Counted from the stretch's first letter, positions 31,829-40,306 are shown. The stretch is 64,000 nucleotides of DNA from an uncultured Bacteroidaceae bacterium (GCA_964538375.1 CAZIFQ010000004.1:41529-105528), one strand, 5' to 3'. Made by a program: numbers and translations. Notes: generated by a model from the letters alone, not told the origin.

Positions 31829-33169
31829 ATGAGAATAATTCTTGCCGGGGCCGGAGAGGTAGGTTCACATCTTGTCAAGATGTTGAGCAACGAAGATCAC
31901 GACATCATAGTTATAGATAACGATGGCGACCGATTAAAGTCTGTTAGCGGATCTCTTGATGTTATGACACTTGAGGGCAATGCTAACTCTATTAGTATCC
32001 TTAAGGAATCAAAGGTAAATAAGGCAGACCTTTTTATTGCCGTTACTTATTCTGAAGATGTGAATATTAATTCAGCGATTCTGAGCAAAACACTTGGAGC
32101 AAAGAAAACCATCGCTCGTATTGACAATGAGGAATACCTTCTCCCTGCAAATAAGGAAATATTCTCAACACTGGGGATTGACTATATGATTTATCCTGAA
32201 AAAATTGCTTCACGTGAGGTGGTAGGGTTGATAGCTCAGACAGGAAGTACAGAAGTAGTTGAGTTTTCGGGTGGTAAGCTTCAGATGTATGTAATTAAGT
32301 TGGATGAACATGCCTTGATTATTGATAAGTCTCTTAAAGAGATAGATCCTGAAAAAGCAAACAAAGATTTTCGTGCAGTAGCATTGACCAGGGGAGGTCG
32401 GACACTGATCCCAACAGGCGACGATACATTTAAAAAGGGTGACCTGGTATACGTGATAAGCAATAAGGCTGGGATGAAAGACCTGTATAAGTATTCAGGA
32501 AAACAGCAATTCGATGTGAGGAATATCATGATTCTTGGAGGCTCAAGGATTGGAATGAAGACTGCGAAGGCGCTAGGTAATCAGCATTATGTTAAGATGA
32601 TTGAGATCGACAGACAAAAGAGTTATAAACTGTCGAACCTCCTTCCCAATACACTGGTTATTAATGGAGACGGCACCAATATGGAGCTCTTGAAGAATGA
32701 AGGGTTGGAGAAGATGGATGCATTTATCGCTGTAACAGGCAATTCTGACACAAATATTCTATCTTGCCTGCTGGCAAAGCATATGGGTGTAAAAAGAACC
32801 ATTGCTGAAGTCGAAAATATGGATTATATCCAGCTGGCTGAGCAAATTGGTATTGATACAATCATCAATAAGAAACTTATAACTGCAAGTCGTATTTTCA
32901 GATTTACAATGAGTGAAGAAGTGTCATCTCTCAAATGTCTGACAGGAACTGATGCAGAAGTATTGGAGTTTATTGTCAAACCGGAGTCAAAAATACTTAA
33001 AGCACCGCTCAAAGATATTAATTTTCCCAAGGAAGCGATTATTGGTGGTGTTATCAGGGGAAAGAACAGCTTTATTGCACATGGAGACACAGTGATAAAA
33101 CCCTATGACAGAGTGATAGTTTTCGCCCTTCCTTCACAAATTTTTATCGTTGGAAAATTCTTTAATTAA
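31829..33169 (+). CDS. trkA: Trk potassium uptake protein TrkA
   Basis: 446-aa ORF. Two Rossmann motifs (ILAGAGEVG, ILGGSRIG), each followed by an RCK_C-like segment. Confidence 0.9.
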   Translation: MRIILAGAGEVGSHLVKMLSNEDHDIIVIDNDGDRLKSVSGSLDVMTLEGNANSISILKESKVNKADLFIAVTYSEDVNINSAILSKTLGAKKTIARIDNEEYLLPANKEIFSTLGIDYMIYPEKIASREVVGLIAQTGSTEVVEFSGGKLQMYVIKLDEHALIIDKSLKEIDPEKANKDFRAVALTRGGRTLIPTGDDTFKKGDLVYVISNKAGMKDLYKYSGKQQFDVRNIMILGGSRIGMKTAKALGNQHYVKMIEIDRQKSYKLSNLLPNTLVINGDGTNMELLKNEGLEKMDAFIAVTGNSDTNILSCLLAKHMGVKRTIAEVENMDYIQLAEQIGIDTIINKKLITASRIFRFTMSEEVSSLKCLTGTDAEVLEFIVKPESKILKAPLKDINFPKEAIIGGVIRGKNSFIAHGDTVIKPYDRVIVFALPSQIFIVGKFFN

Positions 33170-33178
33170 GCACTTTGA

Positions 33179-34627
33179 ATGTTTAATCCTAAAACAACTT
33201 TACGTGTACTTGGAATGCTTCTGATGCTTGAAGGATTCTTTATGTGGCTTTCCATACCTGTGGCACTCATATATAAGGAGAATGACATGATGCAATTCCT
33301 GATATCAGGGGCAATCACTTCTGGAGTCGGTTTCCTGGCATATATCTCTACAAGGAAGGCACACCTGGAAGTGACAAAAAGAGACGGTTATATTATCGTG
33401 ACCATGGGTTGGCTGATTTTTTCTTTTTTTGGTACACTGCCCTTTATCCTGACAGGATCCATTCCTGGTTTTACAAACGCATTTTTTGAAACAATTTCAG
33501 GATTTACAACAACAGGTGCGTCAATATTGAATAATATTGAAGAAATGTCCCATGGCATTTTATTTTGGAGATCGCTTACTCAATGGCTTGGTGGTATGGG
33601 GATAATTGTTCTTTCTCTCCTGGTATTGCCTGTTTTGGGCATTGGAGGTATGCAATTATTCGCTGCTGAAGTGCCTGGCCCAACACCAGATAAACTTCAT
33701 CCCAGGGTAAAGGAGACTGCAAAACGTTTGTGGAGCATCTACCTAATCTTTACCGGTGCTGAAATCCTCCTTTTGTGGGCAGGAGAGATGGGATTGTTTG
33801 ATGCCATTTGCCACTCTTTAACTACTATGGCAACAGGAGGATACTCAACAAAACAGGCAAGTATTGCCCATTGGGATTCTCCATACATACATTATATCAT
33901 TACTTTATTCATGTTCCTTGCTGGTACAAATTTTACACTCTCCTATTTTGGATTCCACCTGAAATTTGGGAAAGTTTTTAGGAACGAGGAGTTTCGCTAT
34001 TACATTGGATTTGTTTTGGGGTTTACACTGGTAATTGCTTTAGGATTACATATGACCGCAGGTGAGGGCGTGGAAAGATCTTTTCGGGATTCAATCTTCC
34101 AGGTAGTTTCAATTATCACGACCACCGGTTTTGCTACAGCTGATTACATGAAGTGGGCACCGCCACTCATTTTTCTGATATTTATACTTATGTTTTTTGG
34201 TGGATCAGCTGGATCGACAGGTGGCGGACCGAAAATCATGAGGATAGTTGTCATGCTGAAGAATAGTACACAGGAGCTGAAAAGACTGATTCACCCCAAC
34301 GCAGTTATTCCGGTTCGATTGAATAAACAAGCGGTAGATACAGAAGTAGTCACCAATATTCTTGCTTTTGTTGCCTTTTACGTTGTACTTGCGGTTATAA
34401 GTATGTTTATAATGTCGCTGTTTGGACTGGATTTTGAAACAGCAACTGGTTCAGTTGTTGCTACATTAGGTAACATAGGCCCCGGTATCGGTGATGTAGG
34501 CCCGGCATTCAATTATGCAGAAATAAGTATTGGTGGCAAATGGTATCTTTCCTTCCTGATGTTGGTTGGACGGCTTGAATTGTTTACTGTGTTAATCCTT
34601 TTCTCACCGAATTTTTGGAGGAAGTAA
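33179..34627 (+). CDS. trkH: Trk potassium transporter membrane subunit TrkH
   Basis: 482-aa polytopic ORF. Filter-like motifs SGFTTTGAS, TMATGGYST, ITTTGFAT. Confidence 0.9.
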   Translation: MFNPKTTLRVLGMLLMLEGFFMWLSIPVALIYKENDMMQFLISGAITSGVGFLAYISTRKAHLEVTKRDGYIIVTMGWLIFSFFGTLPFILTGSIPGFTNAFFETISGFTTTGASILNNIEEMSHGILFWRSLTQWLGGMGIIVLSLLVLPVLGIGGMQLFAAEVPGPTPDKLHPRVKETAKRLWSIYLIFTGAEILLLWAGEMGLFDAICHSLTTMATGGYSTKQASIAHWDSPYIHYIITLFMFLAGTNFTLSYFGFHLKFGKVFRNEEFRYYIGFVLGFTLVIALGLHMTAGEGVERSFRDSIFQVVSIITTTGFATADYMKWAPPLIFLIFILMFFGGSAGSTGGGPKIMRIVVMLKNSTQELKRLIHPNAVIPVRLNKQAVDTEVVTNILAFVAFYVVLAVISMFIMSLFGLDFETATGSVVATLGNIGPGIGDVGPAFNYAEISIGGKWYLSFLMLVGRLELFTVLILFSPNFWRK

Positions 34628-34672
34628 CCCTTTGACTCCGCTCAGGGACCGCCCTTCGACTTCGCTTTTGCT
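34628..34672 (+). repeat. two tandem ~21-nt GC-rich units after the trkH stop
   Basis: CCCTTTGACTCCGCT... and CCCTTCGACTTCGCT... start about 24 nt apart. GC-rich island in an A/T-rich spacer. Confidence 0.5.
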
Positions 34673-34796
34673 CTTAATTCATTAAAAATCCCTCTGGAGT
34701 TTTGCCAAAGTTTCTTCTCAGCCAGAAATGGAATTTATGGAATCCATCTCCGACGAACATCAATGGACAGAACCCGTAAATCAGAAAAATGGGTTT

Positions 34797-35408
34797 TTAA
34801 ATGAGTTCTCCCAGGCCTTCCCTGATGATTTCAGGTTCATCCCCGGTGCAGTCGATAACCGTTGACGGTATGACACCTCCATAACCTCCGTCAATGACAA
34901 TATCCACAAGGTCACGGTATTCTTCATAAATCAATTCAGGATCAGTGGAGTATTCAACAATCTCATCGTTCTCTCTTAACGAAGTGGTAAGTATAGGGCG
35001 TTCCAGTTTTCGAACGATTTCCAATATTATATTGTTATCCGGAATTCTGATTCCAATAGTTTTTTTATTCTTTTTAAGAATCTTTGGGACATTATAACTG
35101 GCATGCAGGATAAAGGTATACGGTCCCGGCAGGGAGGATTTCATTAGCCTGAAAGTGTTATTATCTACCTGCCTGGCATAATCGGAGAGGTGACTGAGGT
35201 CAGAACAGATGAAGGCCATGTTCGCTTTTTCCGGTTTTAAGCCCTTGATCCTTGCAATTCTTTCAATGGCTCTTGTTTTTGTAATATCACAGCCAATTCC
35301 ATAGACCGTATCAGTGGGATAAATAATTACACCACCTTTCTGCAGTATATCGACTACCTGGTCGATCAATTGCTGATCGGGATTCTTTTCGTAAAGCTTT
35401 ATAAACAT
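34797..35408 (-). CDS. tsaC: L-threonylcarbamoyladenylate synthase (YrdC/TsaC type)
   Basis: Start moved to ATG 35408 (MFIKLYEKNPDQQ...). YPTDTVYGIGCD motif. A -7 box at 35430-35437 lies downstream of the track start 35453. Confidence 0.85.
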   Translation of the reverse strand: MFIKLYEKNPDQQLIDQVVDILQKGGVIIYPTDTVYGIGCDITKTRAIERIARIKGLKPEKANMAFICSDLSHLSDYARQVDNNTFRLMKSSLPGPYTFILHASYNVPKILKKNKKTIGIRIPDNNIILEIVRKLERPILTTSLRENDEIVEYSTDPELIYEEYRDLVDIVIDGGYGGVIPSTVIDCTGDEPEIIREGLGELI

Positions 35409-35429
35409 AAGATTCAAAACAATTGCGAT

Positions 35430-35437
35430 CAAAAGTA
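35430..35437 (-). promoter_or_regulatory. candidate -7 promoter box TActTTTG
   Basis: Perfect TAnnTTTG on the minus strand, 22 nt upstream of ATG 35408. No well-spaced -33 box. Confidence 0.4.
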
Positions 35438-35521
35438 ATTGAAAATCTGCCAAATTATTCTTAACATTCCCGGAATTATCTAATTTTATTTAATTTCAGA
35501 TCAAAATATGGGAATATAGCA

Positions 35522-36043
35522 ATGAAATTGGAAGTTTTGAAAGGATCGTGTTTTGAGCTCAGGCCATGGCTTACAGAGGATGCAGAAAGCATTGTCCGAC
35601 ATGCCAATAATCAAAAAATTGCAAGAAATCTTCGAGATGGATTTCCCCATCCGTATACACTCTCCGATGCCGTGTCCTGGATTGAGATGATTCAAAATAA
35701 TAATAAGGACGTAGTTTATGCTATCGATGTAAGAGGTGAAGCCTGCGGTGGAATAGGTTTGCATGCGCAGCAGGATGTTTACCGCTTCAATGCAGAAATT
35801 GGTTTTTGGTTATCTGAAATCCATTGGAACAATGGAATCGTCACAGAAGCGGTTGGACTGCTTGTTGACTATGGATTTGCAAATTATCAATGGGTCAGAA
35901 TCTTTGCCGGAGTATTTAGTTCCAACCTGGCATCCATGCGTGTTTTTGAAAAAAACGGATTTACGCAGGAAGCCATTCACAGCAAAGCGCTTAAGAAAGA
36001 AGGAATATTCCTGGATGAATATATTTTTTCTAAGTTGAAGTAG
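35522..36043 (+). CDS. GNAT family N-acetyltransferase (RimJ/RimL-like)
   Basis: 173-aa ORF with the typical acetyltransf_3-like layout. The 3' end overlaps the convergent rhomboid gene by 14 nt. Confidence 0.8.
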   Translation: MKLEVLKGSCFELRPWLTEDAESIVRHANNQKIARNLRDGFPHPYTLSDAVSWIEMIQNNNKDVVYAIDVRGEACGGIGLHAQQDVYRFNAEIGFWLSEIHWNNGIVTEAVGLLVDYGFANYQWVRIFAGVFSSNLASMRVFEKNGFTQEAIHSKALKKEGIFLDEYIFSKLK

Positions 36044-36662
36044 CACTGTGCCCAATATCCTCCTGTTCACCCTCCTCTTCCAACTCCCAGCTTGGTTTAT
36101 ACGGTTCCGGACCCTGGTCGCGAAATAGAATGGCGAGAATAACTCCACTAATTGCTCCCATTAAATGTCCTTCCCATGATATTTTATAGTCATAGGGGAG
36201 AAGACCCCAAATCATACTTCCGTAGATGAATACGACGATTAGGGAAATAGCCATGAGATTCCTGATCTTGCGAATCATTCCACTGAGAAAAAGAAATGCA
36301 GCCAAACCGTAAATGATTCCACTTGCTCCAATGTGATACGCTTCTCTTCCAATAATCCACACTAATGTATTGCCAATGAAATAGATCAGGAAAAAAATCC
36401 GATATGAGATGCCACGGTAGAAGTAAAATAGAGCCAAGCTTAGTATAAAAGCCGGTATTGAGTTATCAATTAAGTGTTTCCAATCTGCATGAATAAGTGG
36501 AGCAGTGATGATTCCCAGGAGTCCTTTTGGGTTCCTGGGAAGAATACCACCCTGAACAAAATTCATTTCCATCGCAATCTCGAAAAATTTCACCAGCCAG
36601 AGTAGTAGTAGAAATAATAGGGGGAATATAAGACTATGTATGAGTTTACGTTTCTCTTCCAT
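36030..36662 (-). CDS. rhomboid family intramembrane serine protease
   Basis: 210-aa ORF with 6 TM helices. GASGIIYG (GxSG) and a downstream His (WEGHLMGAISG). Confidence 0.88.
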   Translation of the reverse strand: MEEKRKLIHSLIFPLLFLLLLWLVKFFEIAMEMNFVQGGILPRNPKGLLGIITAPLIHADWKHLIDNSIPAFILSLALFYFYRGISYRIFFLIYFIGNTLVWIIGREAYHIGASGIIYGLAAFLFLSGMIRKIRNLMAISLIVVFIYGSMIWGLLPYDYKISWEGHLMGAISGVILAILFRDQGPEPYKPSWELEEEGEQEDIGHSATST

Positions 36663-36695
36663 GGACGTAAAGATATAAAGAAGTGCCTAAAGTTG

Positions 36696-36776
36696 GAGTA
36701 ATTTGAGTGTCTTGAGTACTTAGAGTACTTAGAGTGCCTTGAGTACTTCGGGTACTTCGAGTGCATTGAGTTGGGG
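36696..36776 (+). repeat. 9-bp x9 tandem array, consensus GAGTRCTTN
   Basis: Units: gagtaattt gagtgtctt gagtactta gagtactta gagtgcctt gagtacttc gggtacttc gagtgcatt gagttgggg. Lies 34-114 nt upstream of the rhomboid ATG. Confidence 0.9.
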
Positions 36777-36927
36777 TCAAAGATTATATTAAATAAAAAA
36801 TTGTACCCGAGGCGATCCCTTCTTCCGGCGGGGGAAGGTCAGGTTGGTGGCGAATGACCGGAGGATACCTGGAAGAACTGAGTTAGATATTTAATCCTTT
36901 TCCTTATCTTTAACAAAAGCTTTTTAC

Positions 36928-38166
36928 ATGACAAATATTTTTCTGGGAATACTCATATTATTCTCCATCGTGATTATTATTTTGCTATTAATTAGTAGAA
37001 AAGACAGTGGTAATGATCAGTTATTAGGTCAATTAGAATCATCCTTGAAAAAATCAGAGATTCTCCAGGAACGCCTGGAGAAAACAATCAAAGATGAATT
37101 TCAACGCAGTCGCGAGGAGGGGTCAAAGCAATCCATGGAAAACAGGCAGGAACTTGCTAAATCATTGCTGTCATTTGAACAGCGGCTTGAAAAAGTAAGA
37201 GAGACTATTGAGCAACGATTAAAAGATATTCAGCTCGATAACAACAAGCGACTCGAGGAGATGCGTCATACTGTCGATGAAAAATTGCAGGAGACACTGA
37301 ATAAGCGAATAAGCGAATCTTTCAAATTGGTAAGTGAGCGCTTGGAGCAGGTGCAGAAAGGTTTGGGAGAGATGAGTGAGCTTGCAACCGGTGTCGGCGA
37401 TCTTAAAAAAGTATTGCAAAATGTAAAAACAAGGGGAGTTGTAGGGGAAGTACAGCTGGGTGCTATACTCGAGCAGTTTTTGTCTCCTGAGCAATACAGT
37501 CATAATGTGAAAATTAAATCAGGAACTACTGAAAGTGTGGAGTTTGCAGTTAAGCTTCCTGGAAAAGATGATTCTGAAGAGGAGCTGCTCTTGCCCATCG
37601 ATTCTAAATTTCCTATCGAGGACTACCAGCGGCTAAATGAATTGTACGATCATATTGAGGATTATACGAAAGAAGAAATTCTGAAAGCTGAGAATCAGTT
37701 TGCAAGCATAGTGAAAAAAGAAGCTAAGAAGATCAGTGAAAAGTACCTTTCACCACCAAAGACAACTAATTTCGCCCTGATGTTTGTTCCGACAGAGGGA
37801 CTGTATTCTCAAATTCTCAGGAGCACCGGATTGTTTGAAACCTTGCAGCGTGATTTCAATATTACTGTTGTTGGGCCATCCAACCTTGTTGCATTCCTCA
37901 GTAGTTTGCAGATGGGATTCAGAACCCTGGCTGTGCAGAAAAGATCAAGCGAAGTTTGGCAGATTCTCGGAGCCGTTAAAAATGAATTTGGAAAGTTTGA
38001 AGATGTACTAAGAAAGGCCCAGGAACAATTGAATAATGCAAGCACTAATATTGATAACCTGGTAGGAACCCGCACCCGGGTGATTCAGAAGAAACTCAAA
38101 GAAGTGGAAGAATTACCAAATTCTAGTAGCTCAGAGTTACTTGGACTGGAGGATGAGCAGGAATAA
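36928..38166 (+). CDS. rmuC: DNA recombination protein RmuC
   Basis: 412-aa ORF. N-terminal TM helix, long coiled coil, C-terminal RmuC nuclease-like domain. Confidence 0.85.
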   Translation: MTNIFLGILILFSIVIIILLLISRKDSGNDQLLGQLESSLKKSEILQERLEKTIKDEFQRSREEGSKQSMENRQELAKSLLSFEQRLEKVRETIEQRLKDIQLDNNKRLEEMRHTVDEKLQETLNKRISESFKLVSERLEQVQKGLGEMSELATGVGDLKKVLQNVKTRGVVGEVQLGAILEQFLSPEQYSHNVKIKSGTTESVEFAVKLPGKDDSEEELLLPIDSKFPIEDYQRLNELYDHIEDYTKEEILKAENQFASIVKKEAKKISEKYLSPPKTTNFALMFVPTEGLYSQILRSTGLFETLQRDFNITVVGPSNLVAFLSSLQMGFRTLAVQKRSSEVWQILGAVKNEFGKFEDVLRKAQEQLNNASTNIDNLVGTRTRVIQKKLKEVEELPNSSSSELLGLEDEQE

Positions 38167-38216
38167 GCCATTCTCTCAAATGCAGTCCATTATATCAATA
38201 TGGTTATAAAAAGGCC

Positions 38217-38248
38217 GGGGCTTTTTCTTGTTTTCAAGCCCCCTTTTT
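38217..38248 (+). terminator. intrinsic terminator of rmuC
   Basis: GGGGCTT / AAGCCCC 7-bp stem with a 12-nt loop, then CTTTTT. Confidence 0.7.
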
Positions 38249-38273
38249 CTTATGCGTTGAATACACTACAAGC

Positions 38274-38305
38274 TTTGATATTAAAGAATATTCTTACTAT
38301 CTTTG
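38274..38305 (+). promoter_or_regulatory. SRP RNA promoter (-33 TTTG, -7 TAtcTTTG)
   Basis: TTTG at 38274-38277 and TATCTTTG at 38298-38305 with a 20-nt spacer. The predicted start falls at the 5' end of the SRP RNA helix. Confidence 0.65.
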
Positions 38306-38307
38306 TG

Positions 38308-38410
38308 GCTTGGGCAAGTCTTATACGACCAGCTCCTGTTGAAGCCCCCCAGGACCGGAAGGTAGCAAGGGTAGACGGTTGTAGCGGTGCGATGTAAGTA
38401 GCTTGCCCAT
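38308..38410 (+). ncRNA. ffs: signal recognition particle RNA (small/4.5S type)
   Basis: CCAGGACCGGAAGGTAGCAAGGGTAGA matches the conserved helix-8 GGAA tetraloop region (E. coli CAGGUCCGGAAGGAAGCAGCCAAGGCAGA). GGGCAAG...CTTGCCC closes the molecule, followed by a T-run. Confidence 0.85.
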
Positions 38411-38434
38411 TTTTTCATTTTTTTCTGCTTGATA

Positions 38435-38491
38435 AATTCCCATATACTTCCTTAAGCTTGTCTTCGAAATGATCACTTACTAAGGTAAGCT
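38435..38491 (+). repeat. 57-bp direct repeat, copy A
   Basis: 51/57 identical to 38571-38627 (aattcccatatacttcctta...ttactaaggtaa). Confidence 0.9.
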
Positions 38492-38570
38492 CACATTTCT
38501 CATCCTGCACTTAAGTCGTCTATGGAAATTTCTCTTCGCGAAAACTATTTTTTTGGTATTGTAGTTCTTC

Positions 38571-38627
38571 AATTCCCATATACTTCCTTACGCTTGTCTT
38601 CGAAATGGTAGTTTACTAAGGTAAACT
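38571..38627 (+). repeat. 57-bp direct repeat, copy B
   Basis: See copy A. The period is 136 bp, and four of the six mismatches cluster in GATCAC vs GGTAGT. Confidence 0.9.
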
Positions 38628-38630
38628 TCC

Positions 38631-38662
38631 CTTACTGCTCACTGCCCACTGCCCACTGCTCT
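38631..38662 (+). repeat. TGCYCAC heptamer array (about 4 units)
   Basis: cttac TGCTCAC TGCCCAC TGCCCAC TGCTC. Confidence 0.75.
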
Positions 38663-38700
38663 TCTCCCCCTCTCCCAGTCTCCCTTTCTCTCCCTCTCCC
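38659..38700 (+). repeat. polypyrimidine (CT) tract
   Basis: ctcttctccccctctccc-ag-tctccctttctctccctctccc: 42 nt with only two purines. Confidence 0.85.
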
Positions 38701-38806
38701 AATTCTATCATTCCTTTATCCCAATATTCCATCATTACATCAATCTTTCAGACTTTTTCATTAAATTCAACTCCTGAATGAAATATCCAAATTGAAAACA
38801 CACGTT

Positions 38807-39346
38807 ATGGAAGAAAAAGCAAAAAATCCGGCAATAAAGGCAGGGCTTATCTATGGTGCAATTATTGGATTCGTATCTATTGTAATTAGCGTTGTACTTG
38901 ATTTACTTGGTTTGACTTATGAAACATGGGCAGGATTGATAAGTATATTAATTGCAATTGGCTTGGTGGTTTACAGCTTAAGGGCCTACAGAAATGAATA
39001 TTTGGATGGTTTTGCCAAATATGATCAACTGTTGTTGATGACAATATTTATGGCATTTGTCTCAGCAGTTCTTACCACTACATACTCTGCAATCAATATT
39101 ACCCTGATTGATCCGGATGCATTGGAAAAGATGTTTAACATGGCCTATGATAAGATTGCTAATAATCCAAGGATTACGGAGGATATGCTGGATATGATAG
39201 TAGAACGGATGGAAAGTAAATTTACTATTGGCCGCGTGATCACACAAGGTTTTTTTGGCGGATATGTGATGACTGTTCTTATTGGTGTTATTGCAGCTGC
39301 ATTTATTAAGAAGACACAGGACGGACCTGCTGAGAATGTTGCATAA
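38807..39346 (+). CDS. DUF4199 family membrane protein
   Basis: About 179 aa from ATG 38807 (the track offers TTG 38792). Four TM helices with a DUF4199-like layout. Confidence 0.7.
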   Translation: MEEKAKNPAIKAGLIYGAIIGFVSIVISVVLDLLGLTYETWAGLISILIAIGLVVYSLRAYRNEYLDGFAKYDQLLLMTIFMAFVSAVLTTTYSAINITLIDPDALEKMFNMAYDKIANNPRITEDMLDMIVERMESKFTIGRVITQGFFGGYVMTVLIGVIAAAFIKKTQDGPAENVA

Positions 39347-39355
39347 TTGAATTTT

Positions 39356-40306
39356 ATGGATGTATCGTTAGTTATACCCCTGCTAAATGAAGTGGAGTCG
39401 CTGGATGAATTATCACAGTGGATCCACAAGGTGATGTCGGAAAATAAGTTTTCCTATGAACTTATTCTGATTGATGATGGTAGCAGTGATGGATCATGGG
39501 ATAAGATTGTGGCCTTGAAGAAGGAGTATCCTTCGATCAGGGGAGTGAAATTTCGCCGGAACTATGGAAAATCTGCAGCGCTGCAGGTTGGGTTCCAAAT
39601 AGCAGAGGGTGAGGTAGTTGTAACAATGGATGCCGATCTTCAGGATAACCCTGAGGAGATACCTGAAATGAGAAGGATGATCCTGGAAGATGGGTATGAC
39701 CTTATTTCGGGATGGAAAAAGAAACGATATGATCCTTTTCTCTCCAAAAACCTTCCCAGCAAATTATTTAACTGGGCAGCAAGGAGGTTAAGCGGTATAA
39801 AATTGCACGATTTTAATTGTGGATTGAAAGCATACCGACTTTCTGTTGTGAAAGGAATTGAGGTATTTGGCGAAATGCACCGATATATTCCTATTCTCGC
39901 AAAGGGAAGTGGATTTACGAAAATGGGGGAGAAGGTGGTGCTGCACCAGGAGCGAAAATACGGGGTAACTAAGTTTGGAATGGAGCGGTTTATTAATGGC
40001 TTCCTTGACCTCTTTACAGTTACTTTCGTTACCCGTTTTGGGAAAAGGCCCATGCATATCTTTGGTACTGTAGGTACACTGATGTTCTTTCTTGGATTCC
40101 TCTCCATTTTATTTATCGGGATACAAAAGTGGTACTTTCTGAGACATCAAATGCATGGCAGTTTGGTGGCTGATAATGTGCTGTTTTATATCGCCTTAGC
40201 ATTTATGATCATTGGATCTCAATTATTTATTGGTGGATTCCTGGGAGAGCTTGTTTCAAGATCTTCAGCGGATAGAAATAAATACCAGGTAGAAAAGGAA
40301 TTTTAA
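39356..40306 (+). CDS. family 2 glycosyltransferase, polyprenol-phosphate (GtrB/ArnC/DPM1-like) type
   Basis: DDGSSDGS and DADLQD motifs with two C-terminal TM helices. ATG 39356 preferred over TTG 39347. Confidence 0.85.
   Translation: MDVSLVIPLLNEVESLDELSQWIHKVMSENKFSYELILIDDGSSDGSWDKIVALKKEYPSIRGVKFRRNYGKSAALQVGFQIAEGEVVVTMDADLQDNPEEIPEMRRMILEDGYDLISGWKKKRYDPFLSKNLPSKLFNWAARRLSGIKLHDFNCGLKAYRLSVVKGIEVFGEMHRYIPILAKGSGFTKMGEKVVLHQERKYGVTKFGMERFINGFLDLFTVTFVTRFGKRPMHIFGTVGTLMFFLGFLSILFIGIQKWYFLRHQMHGSLVADNVLFYIALAFMIIGSQLFIGGFLGELVSRSSADRNKYQVEKEF

Noticed and set aside
34682-34771. 29-codon minus-strand ORF (MFVGDGFHKFHFWLRRNFGKTPEGFLMN) between trkH and tsaC
   Set aside because: It has no promoter box and no recognisable family, and it sits downstream of tsaC. 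Too short to support.
38200-38397. 65-aa + strand ORF from the track
   Set aside because: It spans the rmuC terminator, the ffs promoter and most of the SRP RNA. The SRP RNA signature explains the region, and the peptide has no protein-like features.
38435-38627. Possible mini-CRISPR array
   Set aside because: There are only two repeats, each 57 bp (too long), with a 79-bp spacer. There are no cas genes, and the repeats are only 89% identical.
38415-38631. Small minus-strand reading frames through both 57-bp repeats (…TLVSDHFEDKLKEVYGN… / …TLVNYHFEDKRKEVYGN)
   Set aside because: Copy A is open for only 31 codons and only from a GTG. Copy B has no start codon at all (stop at 38632-38634, then 20 codons). 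Conservation of the frame is as likely due to nucleotide identity. Not called as CDS.
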